Notes: a model not told the origin generated them from the letters alone. Numbered from the stretch's first letter, positions 38,216 through 51,527 are shown. The stretch: 64,000 nt of DNA from Guillardia theta CCMP2712 (GCF_000315625.1 NW_005434511.1:1-64000), one strand, 5' to 3'. Numbers and translations are program-made.

Positions 38216-38969
38216 ATTCTAGTCCCGAAAGTCCCTGAAGGATCCCGCCTGCAAGACACATACATCAAAAAAAGAAAAGAATCTGTCAACACGTAATGCA
38301 AGATGCAGCATATAATGGGCACGGGTTAGAGCTTTGGTGGGTATCATAGTAAGATCCCACACACAAGGGTGTGACCGAAGAACTGTGGAATGGAATCCGC
38401 AAATCATGCATCAAAACTAAATCTAACGTGCACCATGCTCAGCTGTTGGATTTCACAAGGAGACAAAAAATCATCAAGGAAAGAGGGGAGCTCGGCTAGA
38501 ATGGAGAGAGTTTTCGAATCCGAGAGGAGATCAGATTCGGGAGCACAGATGTATCCAGAGTTCATGGTAAAGTAAGTCAATGGATCCTGGGAACCATGAA
38601 AACAACAGATACGAGATTTCGTGGTTGCAGGAGGCAATGATCATCTGAATAGGCAGTTTTGAGTTTGACGAGCAGAATGATGAGATGAGTGAATATGCTA
38701 TGCATAGCAGAAAAGCGAGAATAGAGATGTGTGTAGCGGAGGATCAGGCCGAAGCGGGGGATCAACATGCAGGAGGTAGAATCCAAGGATGAACAGGAGG
38801 AAACCAAAAGGAGATGATGGAAGGAGAAAAGGAGTGACAGGAAGAGAGGAAGAGAGTATTGAATCGAAGACAAGTAGAAGCAGGTAGGATAGGAAGAGGA
38901 GCAGAAGTAGCAGCAGCGGCATGGTGCCCGATGCGCTGCTTCGATTGCGCATTGCTGCAGCAAGCAGTA

Positions 38970-40250
38970 GTCCCCCTCTTAAAGGCGGGGGGTGGGTAGG
39001 GTTATTGGATATCGGGGGTAATCAAAAATTGAGAGAGGGTGGGGGGTATTGAGTGACGGCAGTCAAGTGGAACGCACTGGTGCATGTAGCATAGTTAATG
39101 AAATAAATATAGTGAAGATGCTATAGAATGGACATCCAAGGGAGGATCAGAAAACAAAGCTTCAAAGACGCAAATTGGTAGGGGTAATAACGATACGCCC
39201 CCTAGATTGGGAGTAAAATGGGGTGGGTACATTGTGAGACATCGTCGGGAGGGGGTGGTAACATGCACCCCTTTTCCCTGCGAGATTCATGACCCGTAGT
39301 GGCTCCTGCCAATAAAAATGTCAGCAAGCGGTTGTTGACTAAAATCATTTTAGAGACCCTAGGGAATCCTAGTACCCTGATCTAGCAAGCCTAGCAGGTG
39401 GCTGCACAATGAGTTTGAAACATGTCGAAAACAGTCATTTTGGAAATTGAGTCCACTTGTACTAATATTTTATGTGTCTCTTATAATAGTTGTTGAGAGA
39501 AATTCTTGTCCTTGTGTCCCATAACTCGTTCCTGGCTCCAGGGTATAGACCTAAGGACTCTATAATATAGGCTGTATTATAGAATCACACTTCTCAACCC
39601 CCATGCTGTGGGAACCCTTATTCCTCAATCTTCCCCACCCCACCTGGATATTTCCTTGACGTATCGGTAAGGGTACCCCTTTACAGATCTTTCTAAGAAT
39701 AACAGACTACCCCAGCATGCATATAGAGAACCCCCTTTCTTGACTATGGATCACCCTTCTCATTAACCCACCCCATCAAATTTTGCATACCACAAGTACC
39801 CCACTGGAAGTACGCCAACTTGAAGTGTCCAATGGACGCCAACTCCCCATGCATGCAGTAGAGTCCCTGAAAAGCATTTGCCGGTCGGTATCTCCCACAA
39901 TCTCACTTGTTTCTCGGCTCCCTACACCCCCTTTCACACCCTCAGGACCCCTACCCCCTAAAAATCTACACGCATTTAACTCACCTACCCTAGCGTGTGA
40001 CACGTACAGTCTCCGACGAGGGGTTACTGCAGAGCCCAGATCGCGATCTCCCATAACCTGCCTGGAATCTGAATCTCGAAAAAATCCTCTTTCGACCACA
40101 GAGACCGTACATACCCCTCAGAGGCCACGAGGAGACTCATCTTAAAACAACTTTTATAAATGACGGGACGCATCGGAGGTAGCCCAACCCTTCATTTCAG
40201 TAACTCCGGCTACCAGTCCCCCCGGCGGCGGGCACGGGCGGCGGGCCCGG
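38970..40250. promoter_or_regulatory. G-rich, AT-rich spacer, then C-rich motif island
   Basis: GGGGTGGGTAG words at about 38985-39260 and TACCCC/ACCCCA words at about 39595-40120. GTCCAATGGAC lies at 39827, and a GC block follows at about 40205-40250. Confidence 0.4.
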
Positions 40251-41859
40251 CAAGAGATCTGAGCGGGGATGTGGTCTCACTTTCTGATTTGAGTAAAAAG
40301 ATTCTTGTTCCTCAGCACGTGCAGACACAGAGGCTGGTATGGCGGCGGTATGCTGGGCATGCTCGCGTCGCGCGCGCTGCTCCGCTCTCGCTTCGGCCTC
40401 GAGCAGAGATGAAGACTCGAACAGAGATGAAGATACCTAACTGTCGAGGTTAGCCCTCCATGTCCGCACCGTGTGTCCCCTCTATCTTCCCTCCTTTGTG
40501 TGAGATAGCCGGTGATGCCTTATTTTCCATGCTAATGCTGATGCTAAGTGACGAAAACGATTCTCACGACGGTCAACTGAGGCTATCTCCACACATGACA
40601 TGTTATTGTTCCAATCCCTTGATTCACATCGAGCATATTGATTCAATCTTTCACTGATTCATGTCGCTCCAGTTAAATCCGGGTGTTGACCGCCCAGTGG
40701 GATCAAGTTGTCTTCCGAATGAGAGCTTGCACGCGGTCGGGCTTGCAAGGTGAACATGTCTGTGGTTGTGTTCTCTATCTCTTGGACACAGTGAAGGATT
40801 CTTTTTGTATTCATACTGTATGAAACCAGTGCGTTGATTACAACCTTTGTTGTGCGGAGTGTTCCTGGTTAAAGATATTTTTCCCGGTCCGCTGGATGTG
40901 CGAGATGAATGACGCCTTTGTCCCTCAGGGTAGCCTTCATGCACTAGCAGCACGTTCCACCAGCAACATCGTTCTGTACCATGGTCGCTGGGACGCTGGG
41001 ACGAGGCCAGCCATTGGGTGAGAACAGCGTTACCCTTGCGCTGTCTGTGGTGGTAGTGGAGGAATGCCTGTGATTTGAAAGAGCAATGCACCACTCTCAA
41101 AGGAGCTTGCCTCCTGATGTTGATTTGCTACACCCAAGTATTTTGAGGCATGCTTCACCAGCCCTCCAACCCCCGTGTGCCGGTCGCAGCGCTGACTCGT
41201 TCACTGCAGGAGCGCATGCTGGTTGAAAGGAGCGCTGCCATGAGCTGCGGTACTGAGAGTTTGATACGTGCATGTATGACCTCCTGTGTTTGAGTTGATA
41301 AGTGCGCTGGTGGGATATAAACATGTAACAATCGCACTCTCGCACATGAATAAAGAAGTTCACAGGAACTTCCCATGCTTCTCCAACAGCCCCCCCCCCC
41401 CCCTTCCAATGGGGATGTGTCTAAATTGATCGGTTGTTGATCATTCCACTCAGTCCTAATACGCTGCGCGGGCTCCCCCTTACTCGGTCTTCCCATCAAA
41501 CTTTTCTAGCTACGGATAGCACTAAGGTAGAGCCGAGGGAAAAGTGACAACGGTATGAGAGGTTGCTCCTCCTCCTCCGTCTCGACCTCGTGATCCTCGT
41601 CGCTTGCGGGACTGTGCTTGGTGCCCTTCCTGCCCTTCCTTCTGCCTTTTTGTTTGCTCCGCTTGTCTCCATTGTTCCATGTACTTTGAAAGTTTGTTGG
41701 CGGTTTTATCTCTTTCTTTTTCCTTCACCTCCTCCGACGCTATCCCCAGGCTTGTCTTCTCCTTGTGTTTTTAGTTCTCGCTCTCCGCTCGAGCCTGACT
41801 CAGTGAGCCTTCTTGGTAAGTCTCGACCAGCGTATTCTGAGCTATGAACACCTGAACGG

Positions 41860-42080
41860 TCCGACGGGATCGGGCGACTCGGAGCCACAACGGTAGATTG
41901 GGGGCCGGGCCCGGTACCCGCCGGACACCGAGTCACACCGTGCACCGGTGGCACTGCTCAGTGAGTCACTCGGCCCGGGCCTGCCGGCCGCCCGCCGCCC
42001 GGCCCGGCGCGCGGCGGGGCCCCGTGGCGGGAGTATCCGGGAGTATCCGGGAGTATCCGGAGAATCCAAGAGGTATCCGT
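41860..42080. promoter_or_regulatory. GC-palindrome / GAGTCAC island with (GAGTATCCGG)x3, upstream of the RING-ARM gene
   Basis: GAGTCACACC, GTGAGTCACTCGG and GGCCCGGGCC occur here, with a 10-mer tandem at 42031-42060. Confidence 0.35.
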
Positions 42081-42144
42081 GAACGCGCTATGACCAGCCC
42101 CATGTGAAGGAACGAAGACAAGAAGACAGCATGGCTACAAGGGA

Positions 42145-42274
42145 TGAAGACAACAAGCGTTGAAGACATCAACACGACATGATACAAGTTAACATGTTAA
42201 GAAGACAACTGAAGACAACAAGCGTTGAAGACGTCAATACGACATGATACAAGTTAACATGTTAAGAAGACAAC
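42145..42274 (+). repeat. 65-bp tandem duplication containing the palindrome TTAACATGTTAA
   Basis: Copies start at 42145 and 42210. The palindrome lies at 42189-42200 and 42254-42265. Confidence 0.92.
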
Positions 42275-42466
42275 AGGATCACAACAGCAGTATAACTCAG
42301 AGCAGCACAACCCCGTAGCGAGAGATGCTGAGGATCGATAAGCGAAGAACAAGAGGATAGGGATCATAGGACGATGAGATTGAAATGATAGATGGGTTGA
42401 CGATGATGAAGGGATGAGGGAATCGGCGATTCCCGCCGAATTGTTGCGAAACAGCGAGCAGAAGAC

Positions 42467-45400
42467 ATGAAGAGGATGAGGGGCAAAGACGATGCAAAGG
42501 ATATGCACAAGGCAAGTCCAGCTAGGGATGATGCACCCACGAATCCGAGGAAGGGCGGGAAAGCAGAGGCCCTACCGATTAATCCGGACAAGAGGAGGAA
42601 GACGGAGGTTGGCAGTGTACGGGATGCTAGTTTGAGACAGAAGGAAACAGACGAGCTGTTGAAGAAGCTGCAGCTGACCTTCGAGTCCAGCTCGCAGAGG
42701 ATGAGCGTGCTTGAGAAAGACCTCGTCGGCAAAACCAACATGCTCAAAGAGGCATCCAGAAGGCTTGCCGACTTGGAGGAAGGGCTAGAGCACAAGAAGG
42801 AGGAGGGATTAGCTCTCAAGAAGAAGATCCAACAGCTCCAGGAAGCACTGACGTGCTGCATCTGCCTTCAGAGGTCCTCCTTGTTCCTCTTCGACTGCGG
42901 TCACAGCTTTTGCTGCGGAGACGAATGCCAGTCTTCGCTCTACACCTCCTGTCCTCAATGTAAAGTGCCCGTCACCAAGAAGATTAAACTGTTCAGCACT
43001 TCCAACTTCGCCACCGTCGCCATACAGTCCGACGATGTGCAGGATGATGATGACAAAGAAGTCGACTCTGTCATGCAAGAGGCCGCAGCCTGGACCCGAT
43101 CGCACCATGAAGAAACATCGGCGCTTGAGGATGAGATCTCAGCTATCAACAAGAGTTCGGACAACCTGTCTACGGACTTTCATCGGATACAGAATGCCCT
43201 TGCTTCATCGATTGATACTCACGCAAGAAATGTAGATACCATCCAGAACTTTGTCGAGGGTCTTGCGCTCTTTTCCGATGCCCAGCATCTCAATCCGTCG
43301 ATTCTTGAAGTTTTCTCTGAGAAAAAATCTTTGCAAATCAAGAAGGATCTGATTGTTCGCAAGAAGATTGAGCAGAGCTTTCAGTCCGGAGCGATCGAAG
43401 ATGTTTTCAAACAGATGGGCCGCAACACTGATCGCGCAGGAATACAAGAGAAGGCTGTGAGAGTAATACAGAAGCTCATCAACAAGAAAGAAAATGAGGC
43501 CCTTTGGAAATCATTGAAGAGCACGTCGGGGGTTGAGAAGATAGTGCAGGCGATGGTGAACCATGAAGACAGTGAAGGGCTGCAGATGATGGGCTGTGAA
43601 ATCCTCAGGAAGGTTGCTGAGACAAGGATTGAGCTCCTGACGTCTGTGAAGGGAATCGTTGAGGCCCTTTGCAACGCGATCCGGCTGTTTGGCAGGAAGT
43701 CAACAGTGCAGACGGATGTTTGTAAGACAATGATTCTGCTCTCCTCGGAGAAGGACAACACAAACATGCGAGTCCACCTTGTCGAGGGCCTCATACAGGC
43801 CATGTGCTGGAACCTCAACAATGAGGAGATTCAGATCGCTGGTTGCCGCGTTATCCGCAACCTGTCCATCCTGGAGGAAGAAAAAGTTTCGGTCTGTCGA
43901 CACGGAGGGGTCAAGTCGGTGGTCAACGCGATGAAGAACCACACCAAGAGCACCCGAGTTCAAATCCAAGGGTGTGCAGCTCTCATGAATATCGCCGGGA
44001 ACAGCAACAGCAGCGTCCCCGACTCCATCATGCACAAGGTTCACGAGGTGGTAGGAGGGAGCAACGCGATCGAGGTGGTAGTGGACGCCATGAGGTCGCA
44101 CAGGGACAATGAGGAAGTTCAGATCCATGGCATCGCGGCGATCCGAAACCTTGCATGGAGCCAGAAGCTGAAGCTGATGATCGCGCCGGCAGGAGGTATC
44201 GAGGAAGTGATCTCTGCGATGAGGAACTTCCCTCTCAACAGTCAGATCCAAGTGCACGGGTGTGCAGCTGTCAAGAATCTTTCATCCAACGCTGTTGAGA
44301 ACAAGAAGAGGATCGGGGAAGAGGGAGGCATCGCCGCCATGCTGAGCACTCTAGAGCTCCATGTGCAGAACCAGGACGTGATGATGCAAGCTTGTGCGGC
44401 GCTAAGAAACCTCGCCAGCTTGGAGCAGAACAAACAAACTCTGAAAGAGCTGGGGGGAAGCAAGGTGACGATGATGTTTGTGCTTTTGAGATGAGGAGGG
44501 TGTTAAGATGATGATAATGGTTATGGTGTCCGTGGATGTGTTTTAGATTGCTACTATATTGAGAAAGACGATGATGATTGTGTTATTTGATAGAGTTGAT
44601 GATTGTGAGGAGGAATAGCAATCAGACGGGCGAGGGCGATTTGAGGGAGGCAGGGAGGCAGGGAGGCAGGGAGGCAGGGAGGCAGGGAGGCAGGGAGGCA
44701 GGGAGGGAGGGAGGGAGGGAAGGAGGGAAACAGGAGGCAGCCGTATGACTGGATGGATGTCAGTTTGTCATCGACGCCGTCCTTGCTCACCCGACCAACC
44801 AAGCGATTCAAGAGCACAGTTCAAAGATTCTCAAGATGCTCTCAACCGTCTCGTCAGTGCAGAAAGATCAAGAGGAGTCTTCATCTTCTCAGCGACCGAA
44901 AGTGAGACAGCGAGACAACCCGAACCAACCTTGGCAGTTTTCTGTCTGACGGTGTCGTTGTTGCAGAACAAGGATGAAAACTCATCAGATGCGACGAAAG
45001 ATGTGAGCTGATCGCGTTTGATGCCTCAAGTTTGACTCTCCTTCAGCATCCAACGTCTCGCCTGCATGAGATTCTCCCCCCTGCTCAAGATCGAAGAGGA
45101 CTAACATGTCTGTCTGACCATCCTCTTACGCACTCGTCCTCCTCCCCTTTTCTTTGTCCACATCACTATTCTCCTCGTTTTCTCCCCCCTACCCCGTCGT
45201 CTTTCCCCTTATCTCCTTCAACTTTGCTCTCCTCCTCTCTCCTCAAATTCCGATTGACTTTTGAACCTTCAGCCGTCACAGTTCCCAAGGATGTGGAGAA
45301 ATCAACCAAATCAACAGGGGGCGATCCGCAAGAACGAGGAAGTAAAAAGCAAGCAGAAAGTGTTGATGTCGATCAGTAGATCGTTGATGATGATGGAAAT

Positions 45401-46281
45401 GATGAAAGTGGAAATGATGAAGATGGAGGAAGAGAGGAGGAACAGGAAGATGCTGATGATGACGACGATGAAGTTGTGCATATTGTCCTTGTTGATGATG
45501 TCATTTGATATGATTTTCTTGCCCATGATCTTAATGGTGATGACGACAACTAGGATTTAAATGTACAATGACAATCACAATAACAATGTACAATGACAAT
45601 GACAATGACGATGACAACGATCACAGGCAAGGCTACCGACTCACCATCATCGTCTGTATCAGATCGCGAGAAGGGGAAGACTGATCCTCCTCTCCCTTCA
45701 CAGACATCCTTAGGCGACGCAATAGACTACCATCCTCCTCCTGGCTGGAAGATCTTCCAACAACTTACCCTTGAGCAACATGACGCGCTCGAGCGATTAC
45801 CATGGGGGAGCAAGTTCAAACTTGTTCACAGGTACGTTTCTCTCTCCTCCTCCTCCTTCTCCTCCTCCTCCTCCTTCTCTTCCTCCTCCTCCTTCTCTTC
45901 CACCACCACCACCACCTCCTCCTCCCCCCCCCTTATGCCCCCCCCCTCCTTCTCACAGCCTTTCCCTGCCAAAACTTCTTGAGGTTCTCCACTCTCCTTG
46001 CATCCTCCTCTTCTCTCCTTGCCCTCCAGTCCTCCTCCCCTGCCTTGTCTCTCCTCCCCGGCCTATCCTCTCTGTCTCTAACCTCCTTAACCTTTTTTCA
46101 CAGGTTTGAGACCTTCTGGAGTGAAGGAACTTTCCGGAGGAGGGGAGTCAGGAAGGGCAAGACAGGGTACTGGGTGCGCTATGTCAGCAGCAACCAGGTA
46201 GAGGAATGGCTGCACGAGCTCAACTACGACGAGTACGGACCGGACAAGGTGTGGTGTATCATACAGCAGGAGGAGAAGTGA
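42467..46281 (+). CDS. Coiled-coil + C3HC4-type RING + armadillo-repeat protein with a small Trp/Tyr-rich C-terminal domain (putative E3 ligase)
   Basis: CICLQ...DCGHSFCCGDEC...SCPQCK forms the RING, and repeated VQIxGCAALxNLA motifs form ARM repeats. Exon 1 is 42467-44464. Later exons splice in phase to ...YHPPPGW...LVHR-FETFWSEG...YGPDKVWCIIQQEEK*. The linkage of the 3' exons is less certain. Confidence 0.75.
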
Positions 46282-46439
46282 GTGCCAGGACGCGTTCACC
46301 TGCTGAAGAAGCAGTTGGGATTTGTTGGGGAATGAAGGCGAAGGAGAGAGGAAGGATGCTGGTGATGGTGGAGGAGGGGAGGAGGTTGGCAGTGACGCGG
46401 GAGGGAGCCGGCGAAGGAGAGGAGGAGATGCAATAAGGA

Positions 46440-47601
46440 TCTAGTGCAGCCGAGGGGAGACGAACGGCAGCCGCGACTGGTTGGACCGAGCAAGGAAAGA
46501 TGTTGGAGATCCGTTGACGACATGGGAGGAAATGGTTTGACATTAGATGACAACGACGAACCATGACAACAGACGCCTCTCCCCGCTCCCCTCTCCTCTC
46601 CCTCTTTACTCCTCCCTCCTCCCTCCTCCCTCCTCCCTCCTCTTTCTACTCTTCTCTCTCAACAAGCACTTGGCGTCTTTAAGATGGTGTACATCAAGTG
46701 GGAGATGGCACTTGCAGCGGAAGCTCGAGCTGCAACCAATTTCTTCTGATTCTTCTGTCTTATTTACAAAATATTACAACTCACCAAAACATCCCCTTCT
46801 TATTCTCTCCGATCAGAAAGTTATAGTCAGCATCATCTGGAAAACAAATCATTAGCATCAGTTCGCATGGGGCAGCAGGAAGGGAACAACCTTTCTTCTT
46901 ATTCTCGACCTCCTCGTCATAGTCTCTCTGAAGCGACTCGAACTTCATCAGCAGCTGTCTCTCTGTCTCCACTGCATCCCTCTTTCTCTGCTGAACCTGA
47001 CCTACACGTCAGAACCAGCCTCCTCCTCCTCTCCCGCCTTCACCTCCACCAGTCGCGCCTGCTCCAGCTTCAGCTGCTTCTCAATTATCATCAGAAATTT
47101 CTGCTCCTCCCTCTTCTGCAGGATCAGCGCGTTGAGCTGCGCTGCGTTGGCCGTCCCGTACCTGTCCTGGAACTGGATGAAGTAAGGGCTGCCTCGCATG
47201 AGATCGATCTTGAAGTTGAACGGCTCCTGCCCCCCCACGTCCCTCGTCATGTTCAGCGCCACGAAGCTTCCAGGAGGACCATGGAGCGTCGTCCTCAGTT
47301 GATGGAGGGACCAGCCTTGCACGCTCTCGTCGTCCAGGCGAGCAAGCATGTCATTCACCCTCACCAGCCCGCTCTTATGCGCAGAGCTGCCGGGAACGAT
47401 TGATACCACCCTCAAGCTCCCGTCTTCGGGGCTGATCCGGAAGAAGAGTCCCACCCCTACCTTGTCCGGCCCTGATTCGTCCAGGCCGCTCCATGACCCA
47501 ACTTCCACTTCTGCCTGAGCAAGCAGCCACTCGCTCGCCACCTCCTTGGGCGTCCTGAGCTTCGATGCTCTTGAATCGGTCACTGACATCCTGCTCTTCA
47601 T
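46440..47601 (-). CDS. PDZ-domain protein with a coiled coil; 3' end approximate
   Basis: VGVGLFF...LRVVSIVPGSSAHKSGLVRVNDMLARLD...LHGPPGSFVALNMTR is a typical PDZ fold pattern. Confidence 0.8.
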
Positions 47602-47626
47602 GGTCAAACAAGCGGAGGGAAGACAA

Positions 47627-47734
47627 CTTTGTTACAGAACGTGAGTTCCCTTCTACAAAGATCTTTGTTACAGAACGTGAGTTCCCTTCTACAAAGATCT
47701 TTGTTACAGAACGTGAGTTCCCTTCTACAAAGAT
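47627..47734 (+). repeat. 36-bp tandem repeat x3 with internal dyad symmetry
   Basis: CTTTGTTACAGAACGTGAGTTCCCTTCTACAAAGAT x3 with no spacers. Confidence 0.96.
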
Positions 47735-48761
47735 CTGACTGTCTTTGCCTGTACCGCAATCCTCTCCCTTTGAAACTCCAGCTGCTCCTCGGCATCATTG
47801 TTGTTCATCCCTGTTAATTACCTTCTTTCCTCTGCCATTCTGCTCTCCCACACTGCATCCCTCCCATGTCGCTATCTGGTCTTCTTCTCTGCATATTTCT
47901 TCTTCTTCTCCTCTCCCATCGTTTCCTCTTCCTTCTCTTCCATCATCGCCAACTCCATCTTCATCGCATCTCAAAGGCCATTCCATGCAAAACAAGCGGT
48001 TTTAGACCGTTACAACAATTTAGATCAGGCACCAGTGATGTTGGCTGAGCCGCCTGAGTGACTGATCATCCTGCTGCAGATCCTGCTGATCATCCTGCTG
48101 ATCACTGTCCCTCAGTGAGCCGCTGATCATCGCCGGGACTCCAGGATGTTGAATGTCAGTCAATAAAGAATGTTGTCAGTCATGATGTTGAATGTTGTCA
48201 TGAAGTGTTAATGTTTGTTGTTACTCAGTGTTGCCAGTCAAGTTGAATGACTCAAACGGCAGAAAAGGCAAACCCGGTCGGAGCAAAACATCCGTACCTG
48301 GAGTGAAGGGAACAAACTCAGTTTAGGCCCTTTGCAAGTTATGGGTGGCAGAGCTCGAGCGATGATCAGAAATTGCCCGGCGGATTTCTTTGCGCCTCCT
48401 GTCAGCGCCGTGTCAGCAGGAGCGAAACAAAACAAATTATAGACCACCCCACCAAATATATTAATAAATGAATTAAAAGGAGGGGTAAAGAGATAATTTG
48501 ATAGCTTTTTTTAAGGTATGTCAGCTGTTAGTTCTCATGTTCTTCTCGAATGCTCCCCGTCCCCGTTCCACAACAGCTTTCTCCCGCAGAAGTCCATCCT
48601 TCCTCCTTCCTCCCTCTTCTTCTCCTTTCCCTCCTCGTCCTCCCCCTGCTTCTCCCGCCTCTCCCCCTGCATCCTTCTGCTCCTGCTCAACAACCCCGTG
48701 CCCCCATAAGCGAACTTCAACTAACCCCAGTGCTGAGTTACGTCCTCAGGTCCATCCCACA

Positions 48762-50267
48762 ATGCAGTGGTGCGTCGTACACGATGTGGAAGCAGAAGCT
48801 GTAACGCTTTCATGGAGCAAAGTTCCTAACGCGGTGAAGTACGAAGTTCAGATCAAGCAGGAGGAGGGAGGAGACTTCACTACCATCTCCGATAGCCTGA
48901 CCTCAACACTGGTCCGCAAGAAGAATCTGAAACCCAACACTGAGTACTTCGCGCGCGTGCGGCATCGAGATGCTCTGGACTGGTCAGGCTTCTGTGAGCC
49001 TGTCTCCTTCCACACCCTTGCAGGGCAGGACGTGAAGCGCCTTGAGCACCCCCAGGTTGTGAGCAGGGACGGCGAGTCCATCACGTTGCAATGGCCGACA
49101 GCTCCTGATTGCGAGTCTTACACCGTCGAGATCCGATCTGACAAGGATCCGACGTGGAGGACGATATCAGATCATCTCAAGAACAACATCGTACGAAAGA
49201 AGAACCTCGAGAAGCATGTCATGTACTACTTCAGGTGAAAGTCGTTGACGCATATCAGGTTGCTCACCCGCTGTCAGGGTGAAGCCGAATCTCGCGGAGG
49301 GTAGCGGTTCATGGTTCTTCAGCCCTCCTTCAGAGGGAGCCATGTTGGCGGATCTCCCACCCTTCCTCTCCAACCTCCTCAGCCCGACCCTCGTGGATGC
49401 CCAGGGTACCTCCAAGCCTGTTAGCTCCCTTGCCGGGTATGTGACGTGTTTCATCGTTCTGTTCTCTGTTCTCTGTTCTGTGCTCTGCTCTGCTCTTCTT
49501 TGCACTGTACTGTACTGTACTGTACTGTACTGTACTGTTCTGTTCTGTTCTGTTCTTTCTGTTCATTCTTTTATTTTTACATCAAAATCTCTCTTTGATA
49601 CCGTTTGTTCCTGTTTGAACCTTGTTACTGGCACTGATCTACTTTCTCCCATCAGATGTGTTGTAGCGCTGTACTGCTCTGCATCCTGGTGCGGCCCTTG
49701 CAGGCAATTTACCCCGCAGCTCTCGCAGGTCTACTGACAGACTTGTGCTGCTCGTGGTGCTGATTTGCTGCAGTTCTATACCCAGATGAAACAGTTAGGC
49801 AAACCATTCGAGGTTGTTTTCCTCAGCTGCGACAGAGACAGGTTTGTTTTCTCTTGTCTCATGCTCCTTGTCTTTCAGCTTGTTCTCGGATGGCTGTTGA
49901 CACTTCCTCCCTCCCTCCCTCCCTCCCTCCCCTCCCTCGTCATCCCTCCCTCCCTTCCCTTTCCGCTCCTTGCTCTATTCTTTCTCTTTCTCTTCACCTT
50001 TCTTGCTTGCCGACTCCTTCTGGCTCCTTGCTCCCCATCGTGATCGTTTACATGGGCAGCAAGTCCTTCACAAACTACTTCGGGCACATGCCGTGGCTCG
50101 CTGTACCCTTTGACTCCGATAAGCGAGAAAATGCCCTCGGAGCTCTACAGGTATGTGAGACAAGGGGGATCGTTTCCTTTCGCCTCCCCTTTCTACCAGT
50201 CCTGCTTGTGCCGTCCCTGTCCTGCCGTTGTCCCTGTCCCTGCCCCTGCCCCTGCCCCTGCCCCTGC

Positions 50268-50318
<51 letters not shown>

Positions 50319-50560
50319 CGTCCCCGTCCCCGTCCCTGCCCCTGCCCCTGCCCCTGTCCCTCTACCTTTACCTGTACCTCTGACTCTCTCCCGTCTGTCT
50401 CTAGCTCTGTTTCTCATGGCACCTGAGAGTGTTGCTACAGGTTGAAGGGATCCCGAAGCTTGTGATCGTTGGAGCGAATGGGATGGTATTGCAAGACAAT
50501 GCAGTCGGCACTCCCCTGAACGCTCAGAAATTGGATTCTTGGATAGCAGGCAGACCTTAA
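48762..50560 (+). CDS. Fibronectin type III x2 + nucleoredoxin/tryparedoxin-like thioredoxin (WCGPC)
   Basis: Two FN3 patterns (VTLSW...YEVQ...KKNLKPNTEYFARVR; ITLQW...KKNLEKHVMYYFRV) splice to VVALYCSASWCGPCRQFTPQL...FEVVFLSCDRD...MPWLAVPF...VEGIPKLVIVG. The stop is TAA 50558-50560. Confidence 0.88.
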
Positions 50561-50716
50561 GGGCGCCAAACAATCTTTGCCTGTCCTCCCCTCCCCTCCT
50601 TGCCTGCCCTCTCTAGAATCTCTCTGTCCTGACATCTCTGCATCGACTTGATGCCAGAAACAGTAAACTTCATGTCCCTGTGAGGAGCAAGAGATTCGTA
50701 TTGACAACACGAAAGA

Positions 50717-51527
50717 TTACTCATTCTCGCGCTCGAAATACCGATCTATTCCATGACACTCCTCCCAGAAGATGTTCTGCATCCTTTGCAAACGGTCTTC
50801 TATTTCCCTTACATCCTTTCCTTGATCCTGAAACACCATCAATCCAATGGACTGATGTGCTCTACCCCACTTACCTTGAGAGAAATGCACCTTCTTCGAA
50901 GAAGTTCCATTTTCCGCACCATGGTCTGCAAAGCACGTTCCTGCAGTTGCATCACTTCTTCACTGCGTGCCTGGAACAACACCTGAGATCCTTTCTCCTT
51001 CAGCGGAGCATCGAAGTATTTTTCTCTGCCTGTTCAGGATAGCACATGAGAAAAGAGGGGAGGAAGACAGCGAAGTGATCTTCACCTTCGCAAACGTCTC
51101 CTCGTATTCAAAATTGACATCATCTTCATTGTAGGGATTGAATTCTAATTCAGACCTGCAACCCGACAGGAGGACATCACAAAGTTCAAAAAAACGAGTT
51201 TCAAATCATCCTCCTCCTCCTCACCATCACAAGCAGCATTATAGAAATACTATTACCACCTTCACCACCATCATGGTTATCGTTTTCGTATCAAAAACAT
51301 CGTAATCGTCATCTTCATCGTCATCACCATCACCACCACAGACGCCGCCGTCGCTGCCGCCGCCAACACCACCATAATCGCCATCATCATCCTTGTCATC
51401 ATCATCAAAAACATCCTCACCATCCTCCTCCTCCCCATCTCCATCAGCCTCCTCCTCCTCCTCCTCATCATCATCATCATCATCATCATCTTTCATCTTC
51501 ATCATCGTCGTCATCATAATCATCATT

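Noticed and set aside
40300-41500. Gene or retroelement remnant
   Set aside because: Only short ORFs with no recognisable motif, and I could not build a consistent splice model.
47627-47734. 36-bp palindromic repeat as CRISPR
   Set aside because: No spacers; it is a pure tandem triplication.
51025-51100. Possible fourth -1 frameshift in the 50717-52596 gene
   Set aside because: An alternative GTTTGC donor with the GGCAG acceptor restores the frame without a shift.
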